This document shows, one piece after another, positions 52,687 through 64,000 of a DNA stretch of 64,000 nucleotides. The notes below the pieces were generated by a model. That model saw nothing but the letters and a program-made list of their open reading frames with translations, was not told the origin of the DNA and ran no database searches. The stretch's first letter is position 1. Each line of letters starts with the position of its first letter. Origin of the DNA: Sphaeroforma arctica JP610. Its lineage: Eukaryota. The stretch lies in NCBI RefSeq assembly GCF_001186125.1, contig NW_014040224.1:1-64000 (forward strand). The letters are read 5' to 3'. Made by a program: the position numbers and the translations under genes.

Positions 52687-55600
52687 ATGTTGCAGACGTC
52701 CGCTCGCTTTGTACGTTTGAATTTACAGAATTTCCGCACGATGTCGACGCGGCCTTCACGCAAGTGCAAGGCGGTTTCTAACCTTAACCCAATGAATGGC
52801 AAAAAGCAAAGAACCGGCGAGAAAGTCACAAAAATTACCAAGGAAAGCGAATCAATCAAATCCTTAGGCGTAGAATGTTCAAACAACAGCAATAATGATG
52901 CATCGCGCGAAGTAGCACCAAGTCCTAAAAAACAGAAGGCACAATCTGAAGCTGCGGTACCTCGGAATACATCTTCATCAGGCGAAGTTAGTCAAACAAG
53001 AACGGAAACGGATCAAGCCACTGCAATAGCCGCAAAAAAGGCGAAAGCAGCAGGTGTGTATGTTTTAAGGTTCGTTAAAGGCGATTTGGTATATTTCTGG
53101 CTGGGGCAGGTGGGCATGTTTGATCGCCAAATAATAGGCATGTATAGTTTGTAAATCCAATGCTGAATTCTATACAAAGGTCAATTCCCTCTGTGGCAAT
53201 AGCGTCTCACGCTGGCGTCTGTTATAATGCATTTAACTTGTTAAACTTGACAGTCAATCCCAGGTTTTCCTAAGTGTATATCAATGCATAGGTATACGAA
53301 GTGATCCCTTGCATACATGACTTTAAATTATGTACACTGGCATAGTCATACCAGAATACTTCATTTACGGTATCAGAAATCGTTACCAGTTTTCTTTCCT
53401 TGTTAGAGAATTGAGTGTTCATACAGCCATCACAATCTGCAATGTATTGACTTCATGTCAGATGCTAGGTTAGCCAAACAAGCTGAGCGTCCAATGTTCG
53501 AGCGGACACCCATGACCCGCAAATACAAGGCAGGTAGCGAGCAGGCCTTTGTGGCTGTCGCGTGGAATGTCGCCGGATTACGGGCTGTGCTGAGAACACC
53601 ACAACGAATTGAGAGCTTTCGACGACTGGTTGACGTGGAGAAACCGGACTACTTGTTAATACAGGTTTGTATCTCATAGTCGTCTGTTCAGTCAATTTTA
53701 CCACCCCGCAAGGTTGTCACGACCTGAATGTTTGAGCTCTTCCCTATCATCGATATCGAAAGTTGTGTAGTAATGTAGAAATTATTTTTAGACGCAATAG
53801 TGGAAATGTGATTAAATTTAAAATTATGTTGATATCCGCATTAGGAACACAAGCTACAAGGGAAAGATGTAGAGGAAATCGAGACAGCTCTTGAACCGTA
53901 CATACCAGGGTACGAATCCCACTGGGTTTCCAGCACTGGGAAAAAGGGATATTCTGGAGTGGCTGTGTTTCTAAAGTACCCGGTGAGGAATACTCCGTCC
54001 GACAAACAAGTTGCAGACGCTGGGGATGGTAAGAATTGTGCAAATGCAAAGCCGAATAAGGAGAAAAAGGGCAAGCAGGCTTCACTCAAAGACATGTTTG
54101 GTATCAAGAAAGATGTGGAGCAGGAACTAGTGTCGGAGACCTCGTCGACGAAAACCATGAAAAATTCAGGTGTGCGGAGTTCATATATAGTTATATTTGC
54201 ACAATTGCAGGTGTGCCATTGGTGAGGTTTCAATTCATAGTGTTTAGCCGGTCAATAGGGAACACTTGCCCACTTACATAATTAATACGTCGGTTTTTAT
54301 CCTGCGTCGTACCTGATTGTTATAAATTAAATATATTCTAGTATTTTATATGGTATACGGTATCAACTCCTCTTGTTGAAGGCCGTACACTCACGCAGCG
54401 TCCGCCACTATAAACTTCAAAAGTGCGGCAAATTTGTTGTTATGCGTAAAAATGGGTTTTTTCGTATTCTATTTAGTTGTGTGGACACATTCTGGTTTAT
54501 ATATATGTTTATTCTGATGGTATAGGTGCCCTTGCACGGTACTACGTATGCTTTATTCCAGGATACGTATTCTAATGTATGTTTTATAAATGCACTTCTC
54601 ACTATTAGACGCAATTTCCATCGCTCTTCCATGAAATTCATTTTATGCTCTGTTATGCACGGTCGATCCGCATGTGTATGTCCTTGTTTTGAGGTTGTAA
54701 ATCTACGCCTGATGTTTCGGTATCTCGAGCACTAGGTATCTTGAACCAATCAAGAAATATACTATAATTACTCAGGATGTGTTTACATTATAGTGGCTCC
54801 ATTTCCAAAATTCTGACGGTGGGAAGTTTCGAGACTGAGGAATCTCTCCTCTTTCAGACTCACAGATGTACCGAGCCATCAACGTAACAATGCCAAAGAT
54901 TGAAGGGGCATCCGACGAGGGCAGGGTTATAACCGTGGAGTATCCCCACTTTTACATGGTCGGCGCTTACGTTCCTAATTCAGGTCAGTTTCACTTCTCC
55001 ATAAGTGTGCTAGAACAATATAGGGCGGCCAATGTGTGCCAAACCGAATAGCACGAATGGTTCAGTGTTGCATACTTACTGTGACTACTTCCTATAGTTG
55101 TGGCCCTGGCTGGATTGCTTGGGATCATGCGAGATATTCAAGACCAGGCCAGCATAAGCCGCCACAGTCTTTCCCGCTAGTATCGTTCGAAGAATGCTGA
55201 ATTCACATCGTATTTGCTCACAGGGCAAAATCTGGCTAGGCTGGAATACAGAATTGGCGGGTGGAATAAGAGTTTGAACGCCTACATGAAAGAGTTAGAG
55301 AAAACCAAACCTGTCATTTTGGGAGGGGACTTAAATGTGGCGCATACCGATCAAGACGTTTATAATCCTGAGGCCAAACACATCCCGAAGTCGGCTGGTA
55401 CTACACCTCAAGAGAGGCGGGCCTTTAGTGAATTACTTTCGGATGGTGAGATGGTGGATACCTTTAGGCATTATCATCCAGATGCCCGGGGGGCTTTCTC
55501 GTATTGGAGTATGCGTGTCAATAACAGAGTAGTGAATCGTGGGATGAGACTAGACTACTTTGTAGCATCGAAGATTTTGGTAGATAACACCGCCAAAAGT

Positions 55601-55789
55601 TCAGAGACCACAGACCAATCTACTGATGCCACAGAAAAGCCTGCTTTAGCATCTAAGAACGCTACACCATACAAGACCCAGGGAGCACAAATATTAGATG
55701 CGTGGATATCGCCCGAATACAATGGCTCAGATCACTGTCCGGTAGGTATTGCCATTGCGATTGACAGTTTCAAGGACATCGCTTTTTGA
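52687..55789 (+). CDS. APEX1: AP endonuclease, ExoIII/APE1 family
   Basis: Exons 52687-53053, 53462-53664, 53845-54169, 54858-54983 and 55224-55789. Motifs WNVAGLRA, QE, GYSGVA, DEGRVIT, YVPNSG, GDLNVAH, RLDYF and SDHCP. Confidence 0.95.
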
Positions 55790-56296
55790 AGCCCACTTAT
55801 CAACGATACTAAGAGACATAATTGTGCAGTTGTGCTTCTCACTAGCGAAGTATACAGCGCTTCAATTCGGACTGTCACGAATAGTCATTATTTGAGACTA
55901 GTCCTCTGGCAGGCTCCTATGCAATAGATAGCGCTGCAGTTGTCGCTTCAATGCTGCTATACTGCTGCGAAAAATCAGCGTGGAGTAGTATGAGATTGTA
56001 ATTGTGTGCAGGATTGACGAAGTTCAGGTGATGCCATGGTGTACATTGTACTTGCGCTTGAATTGATTCCTTTGAAGCGAGACGAGGTAGGTCGATGTTT
56101 GAACGAAAGGACTAAGCTATGACTTTTATATCTATGCCGTTCTGCCAACGTCTTTTTTCTTCAGCATCAATGCCGTTGCAACTTAAATACAAAAGACTTT
56201 AGGGTTCCCCGCCAACGTCTTTCAAACAACACATAAATACTTATTCCTAATTTAATTTATTTCAATACTATTTTACTAGATTTCATATGTATCTAA

Positions 56297-59200
56297 TTAC
56301 GCAGCGAACACTTTGTCTTTCCTCTGCTTGGTTAGTTCGACACCGTCTTCTAATGCTACAAGTTGCGTCATCAGGTCCCCGATGAAGTATGGATGTGCCA
56401 TAAATTCAGCATGGTAGTAATCCGGCAGCATTAGCTTAGTCTCTGGTGAAAGGTGTTTTATGTGATCCACCACAAGATCACTAGGTACGATGTCATCTTT
56501 CATGGATGCCACAACCAAGGAATTTGCAGGGATTTCGGTGGGATGCATATTGTATTGATACCACCAGAAATTCCTACAGAGAACGTTCTGCAGTTGAAGA
56601 AGGTATGCGGTTAAAATGTAAAATACCCATTGCTTGCTTCTGCATTGACAAAACTATTTTTTTGCATACAACATCACGCATGTTGTACAGTAATTCAACC
56701 ACACCGCAATCGCGCACCGCTTACCTGCATGTAGAGCTCTCTGCTGCATCCATAGTACCTGGCCCATTGAAACCAATGGTTATCGGGTTTTCGGTACACA
56801 AAGCTATTCACCACCTTCGGGATGTACAGTAGAAAGCAAATAGGATCTATGTAAATAGACGTGTGCATTAGGTGGGGATAGGTCTTGGCCATACGCGCGA
56901 GAATCACAGATCCGTAGCTGTGCCCAACAAAAGAGGCAGACGTATGCCCATCATTGCGCAAAAAGTTGCGAATAGTCTCATTGATAGTGTCAACAGTAGG
57001 TACGTCATCGCATATCCGCATTGCAATATGTGGGAAGTCCATTAGGTACACATCGCGATTGTCCACTGCTTCTTCCGCATCCATGGTGTACGAACTTAGA
57101 TTGCACAAACTCCATATAACATGCAAGTATGCGCTGAGACCAACCCCCATCCCATGGGCGAATACGATGGGCTTCCGTTGTTGGCAAACTGATACTGGCA
57201 AGCCCGCTGGTTTATGCCAGTATGAGATGCTCGTCTCCGCGTCACACTCTTTATTAAAACAGAGTCCCCAGAGCACAAATTCTGATGCTATTCCAGCGAT
57301 ATGCGACCAAAGATACAGAATTAATGGGTGATGTACTACATGTAAGTTGTCTCGAGTGTGCTGCAAATAGCCAGCGGGGAAGCCCTCCGTGTCATCGTAG
57401 TACACCCGTCCGCTTGATCCGTCCTCCTCCTTGAATCTAGAAAGTTCGAAGATTGTGTTATATGTCTAAGCACCCAGGCATAGAAATAGACACTGTACAT
57501 CCTGTGACCTATAAACTTTTGCAGATTAATATGCGATTCGACCCACAATGGAATGATACACTTACCCGGCGCCAGTGCGATCCCTGAGAATTTTCAATAG
57601 AGAATCAAATTGCTGGTTCTGCAATTTACTCATCTTAGCCACAGATTTGTTATGATAATTTGCCGCAAACATAGCACGAAACTCGGACTCTGTGATATCT
57701 TCGGCATTCCGACCACCAAACCATCCCGGGAAGAACACATTGCCGTGCTTTACAATATAATCGGCGATTTGGTGGAACATCTCATCATCATTCTTTGGGA
57801 AAGGAGCCGGTATCGCCTGTTTGTGATTAGTTAATTGAGCAGCATCAACGTTTGTAACATTGTTATTCTATTGAACAAATAAACTTCCGACAACACGTGC
57901 AATGGGCTTGGGCGAGCATAATACAGTTGTCACAGTCGATAACTGCGAAATTCGACACGGGCCGCGATGCCCATACATATAAAAAATATTCAAAATGTTA
58001 ATTCATTTCTCGTAGACTTGTGATCTTTTCGTTTTGGTGTGTCGTATTGCACTTGGAACATTCGCAAATTCGAGATGACGAACGCATCAACTCCCATAAA
58101 TACGTGAGTACAGTCATAACAATCCACAGTCTATGTGAACGTCAGTGTCGACATGACTAGCGTGAAAGTATTACATCTACATTAGCATGTATAGTATCAG
58201 TATAAACACACACGTGCATAGATACGATATATATACTTCGAAGATATATAATCATAGACAATACATACAAAAGACAATCGTCCACCTAACACATAAACAC
58301 ACACACTCACACGCACTTACACACACATGTATATATGTACATATAGATATAAACATGCAGAAATATACACCCACACGCACTTACACACATATATATATAT
58401 AAACATGAACATGAATCAAATTATAAAAATAAATATGAAAATATACATAAATATATATATATCGTAATCATATTAAATAATGGTATAAGCCTACAAACTT
58501 ATATACATACATACACACCCACACACCCATATATATATACACCCACACACATATATATATATATGAACAAATTACTATTAAAACCATAATTCGTACGTAA
58601 ACAAATGCATGTGGACATAGTATGGATGTAAGCAAGAGGGCAAGTATATGTTGGAAGAAGCAGAAGTGTAAGTTAGAGAAGAGGTATTATAAAGATATAT
58701 ATGAAGTGCATGTATGTGTATATGAATGTATGTACATATATGGTTATGGATATGCGTCCGAGATCTAAATATATTTGTACATACACACACATGAATATAT
58801 ATATATACATACATACATACATGCATACATGTATATATCTAAAAATTTATAACATATATATGTATCGTTGTAGAATTTGTGTTTTCTACATTTGTTTATA
58901 CCTCAATATAGATATAGATATAGAAATTGATAATATATACATATACATGTACCTACCTACATACATACATATATATATATGAATTTTATATATATATAAA
59001 TATATAAACAATAATATAGAAAAAGATAAAGTCAACGATGAGTTTATAAATGTACATAACTATATGTATAGATATTCAAAACAATACATCAATACATACA
59101 TACATTTATATACGTACATATACACCCACTCGCAGACACAGACACACATATATATATATGAACAATTTACTATTAAAACCATAATTCGTACGTAAACAAA

Positions 59201-59947
59201 TACACTTGGACATAGTATGGATGTAAGCAAGTGGGCAAGAATATGTTGGAAGAAGCAGAAGTGTAGGTTAGAAAAAAGGTATTATAAAGAGATATATGAA
59301 GTGTATGTGTGTGTATATGAATGTATGTGCATATATGGTTATAGATATACGTCCGAGATCTAAACCTATCTGTACATATACACACACACACACATAAATA
59401 TATACACAGTGACATATATATATACATACATACAAATATACATATATATATACATATACATATATATTTATACATACATATAAATATAAATATACATACA
59501 AACATGCATGCATGTATGTATATACATATATATTTATACATGAATACACACATACATATATACATAAATACATACATACATGCATGGATGCATGCATGCA
59601 TATATTATATATATATATCTATACATATATAAACATATATATGTATCCTTGTAGAATACATGTTTTTTACATTTGTTTATATCTCAATATAGATATAGAT
59701 TTAGATATGGATATAAAATTAGATAATATATTATATTATATATATATATATATATATATAATACCTATATGTGTGTGTGTGTGTGTGTACATATATATAC
59801 ATATAGGTATATATTTGAACAATAATATAGAAACAGATATAGTCAACGATATGAGTTTATAAATGTAAATAATTATATGTATAGATTTACAAAACAATAC
59901 ATACATACATGCATACATACATACATACATTTATATACATATGCACG

Positions 59948-59978
<31 letters not shown>

Positions 59979-60648
59979 ACATGCACTCAGACATTTGTAC
60001 ATACATACATACATACACATACCCACACACACACACAAATACACACATATACACACTCACACTCGCAGACACACTCGCAGACACACTCGCAGACACACAC
60101 TCGCAGACACACACACACACACTCACTCACTCACTCACCCAATTCACCTACCGTCTGCGCTGAAAGAAAATTTCTTTTGTGGCGATAGTAGAAGAACCAT
60201 AAAATTTCAGAGCCGAGAATGGCTGCAGTGAGAATCTGTATGATTTGGGTTGTTTCCATACCCGTGGCACTACATAATGAGTAGATCGACGAGCCAACGA
60301 TCACTCCTGGGCCGATAGCTAGACCCCTGCAGATTAGTAAATGAGGTTATTAGATATCAGGGTAAAATAGAGGGTGTACACTGTCGTGCATATTATATCG
60401 AAGACAACTCCTTTTCAAAAAGATATGTTATATCGAGAACAAAACCTTCAACCCCATAGTATGACAATAAGCCCTCTAAGGTTGCACAACTACGTGCAAG
60501 ACATGTTCACTTACAATATCGATAGCAGAAATGACAACCGAAACATCGATGATACAAGAAGGAGGATAATAGCGTTGAGTGAGAAAGTGATCACGATTGT
60601 ATACATATCATAGGAGCAAATAAAAAGTTCCTCCGAAGACATCCGCAT
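56297..60648 (-). CDS. Alpha/beta hydrolase with N-terminal hydrophobic segment
   Basis: Motifs PIVFAHGMGVG, nucleophile elbow VGHSYGS, IDPICF, DDIVP and HAEF. Exons include 60326-60152, 57816-57566, ~57436-56725 and 56587-56297. The first exon (~60648) is tentative. Confidence 0.85.
58500..60140. repeat. Intronic ~600-900-bp diverged tandem duplication embedded in TA/CA low-complexity DNA
   Basis: ACTATTAAAACCATAATTCGTACGTAAACAAA..GGACATAGTATGGATGTAAGCAAG occurs near 58574 and near 59169. Confidence 0.85.
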
Positions 60649-61736
60649 CAAAATAGTTGATACAGAACATAAGCGATACATACATACAATAATGAATGGT
60701 GAATATGCGTAGGTGTGGCTTTGTGTGTACAAAATGAAATGAAAACTGAAATACATAACATGACCGACGAAACAAAAAAATGTGATATTTGAGTCTGTCC
60801 AATGAATTGACTCTATTTATTTATTTCTGTAGTGATATTTTTTATCGAATCAAAACACAACGCAGAAGAAAACGTGAGGTTGCTGTCAATGAGAAACCAA
60901 TACAAACCCAATTTCTGTTTTCCAAGGCTTTCATTCGATTCTATAAAAAGAAACACACATGCAGTGGTTTCCTACTGACTCTCGCTCGTCTCGGCCGTGC
61001 CAGTGCTTTGTTACTTGTATGCATTTTTGTGGTTTCAGTTTGATCCCCCTCGGCCTGCGCCTTCCCCCACGCGAGGCCCACGGCCCCCAGCAGTCCAGCA
61101 CCCCCAGAGTGAGTCAGTGACCCAGTGTCGCGACCGCTCCCCGCCGCCATCACTCCAAAGTCCCGACTCCCGATTTCCGGCTGTCCCGGGCCCCGGCAAA
61201 AAAAATCTCACAGTTTATTATTAGTTACTCGCGTGTTTTTATTTGTCTCCGTGTCTCTATGTGCTCACACTCTCTCTACTTACTAGTATAGACAGTGAGA
61301 GGCTAGGCTAAATAAGTTATAGGGGTACGGAATATAAGTTCCAACTTTAATGTTTACTTTTTGATGTTTAATGTTTATTCGAGGACTAGGTATAATAAAA
61401 GTTGCAACAGTTTAACGCATTGAGCTTAGCAGCGAGGGTCTCTATATCTATGTACAACAAATATTACTATATTTTTTAGAAATTAGAATACCTCTGACTT
61501 CTGAGGCTCCAGAGACTGGCTGCGTCACCAACAAAAAAAAAAGAGTTCAGGCGAACGATACAAAAAAAACCCCCTTCGTACATATCAAGAGTTGTCAAAA
61601 GGCATCGGTAGTTGTTACTTATTCGGTATAACCCATAATAAAAAAGCGACACAGCCTACAAAAAGTAAACAAACTATCTGTCATTCCCACAGACCATAGT
61701 TTGTCATCGAAGTAACGCATTCGTTGGGCTGTCAAG

Positions 61737-63525
61737 ATGTCCGTATTCATTGTTGGCGCGAAGCGCACGGCCTTTGGAACATTTGGTGGTGCATTTAAAG
61801 ACACCACTGCCACTGAATTGGCAGTGCACGCGGCAAAGGGAGCCGTGGCTGCGTGTGGAGTGGACGTTAAGAAAGTAGATAACATCGTGGTCGGCAATGT
61901 CGTTAACTCTAGCAAGGACGGTATCTACATGGCCAGACATGGTATGTTTCATCTTCCACCTTGCCAATGAATTATCTAGTTTAGTATTTGTTGTTTTACG
62001 GACAAATGACTCTGACAAGGATACAAAACGAGTCTTGATGTTTGTTTTACTTCACAAAATTGAGACCAGCGCAAGTGACTACCATACTATAAAATAGGCC
62101 GGATTTGGTTGGAAATAATACTAGTTACGTTTAAAAGACCCTAGGGTGTGTCTATCTGTATTTTGTTTTAATAAATAAACATGGTTCTGGGCATAACCAC
62201 CTTGTAAGTACACAGTCGTCCGCAACAATGCCCAGCAGTTGCAATCGCAGCGAATTATGGTGACATCGTGGAAATTATGTTCATGGTGTGTTAGGGCAGT
62301 CATTCTTGTCCGCTCTATCAAGTTTAGGCATTTAAGCATTATATTTGGATAAATTTGGAATTGTTTGGTTCAATAGATATCTGAAGCTTCGCCTCGTCTG
62401 CACCCCAATTTTGTTTCAACGTATATTCCTATCAAATTAAGTGGAAGCCCGTGAATTCTTCATCAGCTTTTGTTCACTTCACCTATCGCCCACGACCTGC
62501 ACTTCCGCAGTGTCGCAAGTCTATTGTATCATAGGTCACATATTGCAATTAGGCATACACATAAAATACAGCTGCCTGCGTGGATGCGTGAATGGTACGA
62601 CGAAGGTGCAAAATATGGGCCATTCTAACGGTCACTTTACGCAATAAAAAATCCTTTGACTTTGTTTACTTTTTTCCTCAGTCGTGTACCACGATCAGGT
62701 CACCGCGACCTTAGTATTGCATTTTCGATTGACTTCCTAAGGTTTATCTTTTTTGCCTTGTTGTTTGATTTTCAACAGTTGGACTTCACACTGGCCTACC
62801 CATCGAAGCTCCCTCTCTACTGGTCAATCGTCTATGCGGTTCTGGATTTGAATCCATTGTCCAGGGTACCCACTCCATACAGCGAGGCGAGTCTAAAATC
62901 ATGATTGCAGGAGGCTCAGAAAACATGTCGCAAGTACCGTACTCGCTCAGGAATGCGAGGTAACTTGCCAATTGAGCTCTAGTTGCCGCCCATTACTTCG
63001 TACAAGTATTTGGTGCCTTCTATAGTGACAGAGATTTTTGTATTATTTGTGCGTGGCGATATTCATAATAAGCGTTCATCACGATACTATCTTTTTCTCT
63101 GATAGAACATAAATGAGTGCCACCAAAGTCGTTCAATGGTTATTTTAGTTTCAATCAGACCAACTAACGCTGGCGACTGATTTCCTTTGCTTTCGCACAG
63201 ATTTGGTACCCGTTTTGGCCAGGATCTGGTACTGGAGGATACCCTATGGGCCGGACTGAGCGACAGCTACTGTGGCCTACCAATGGCGTTAACAGCTGAG
63301 AATTTGGCTGAGAAGTACAACATCTCTCGTAGAGAGTGCGACGAGTGGGCGGTGCGATCGCAACAAACATGGAACACCGCCCAAGAGGCCGGTCACTTCA
63401 AGGACGAGATTGTCCCCGTAGAGCTAAAGAGTCGCAAGGGCCTTGTTAGCTTCGAGGTGGATGAGCACCCCAAGACTACATCAACTGTCGACAAATTAAG
63501 CGCGATGAAGCCAGTGTTTAAGAAG
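61737..63525 (+). CDS. ACAA2: 3-ketoacyl-CoA thiolase, mitochondrial type; 3' end beyond window
   Basis: Exons 61737-61941, 62779-62959 and 63201-63525. Motifs GAKRTAFGTFGG, VNRLCGSG (catalytic Cys), AGGSENMSQ, MALTAENLA and VDEHP. Confidence 0.93.
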
Positions 63526-64000
63526 GTATGCAGTCCGAACCTCGCATGAATGGGTTTGCACTTTGCACTGGAACTCATCATATGTTTTTGTGCATTGGCC
63601 GGCTGTTTAAGAGTGCATGAGGTGGTTATCTGCTCGACAAAATTGATTTGCATCTTTTACGATGACAGTTTGACTAGAAAACTTGTACGCCGGGTTTCAT
63701 TATCTGCACCGACACTCAGTATTATTACGATCACCTACGTTATTCAATCACAGTATAACCATCTTAGAATACTAACGATAAATACAGCCGGGATGCCCGG
63801 AAGGCTCATATGCGGACTACATACGAACTCGTCACAGGAAACCAATATTAATCGCAACTGTAACCGCGTAACTCTTATGGTCACTGTATTAGCAAACGAG
63901 CACAAACTATATAATCATATTCCAGGTTTAGCCCAATATTATAGGTATTACTACAATTGTACATTCCTCTAAGTACCCTCATCTCGCGATCCCATATGAC

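Overview
This is eukaryotic, intron-rich nuclear DNA with N gaps and TA/CA microsatellites. Gene content and intron style suggest a unicellular opisthokont (inference). Bases 1-13 kb are a nest of decayed Ty3/Gypsy LTR retrotransposons: two on the + strand, one on the - strand, plus a solo LTR. Both + strand elements carry a DIRS/Dam-type amino-DNA methyltransferase domain (DxFA...NPPW) between RNase H and a DDE integrase that ends in a chromodomain. This GAG-PR-RT-RH-MT-INT-CHD layout is the most unusual signal in the window. The rest holds host genes. These are an orphan multi-exon gene, a 13.6-kb UBR1/2/3-family N-recognin with three tandem UBR boxes, a BAG1-like gene, TAM41, a C2H2 factor with a Q/N-rich tail, an APE1/ExoIII AP endonuclease, an alpha/beta hydrolase, and the 5' part of an ACAA2-like thiolase. 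No database searches were run; all family calls come from manual translation and motif recognition.
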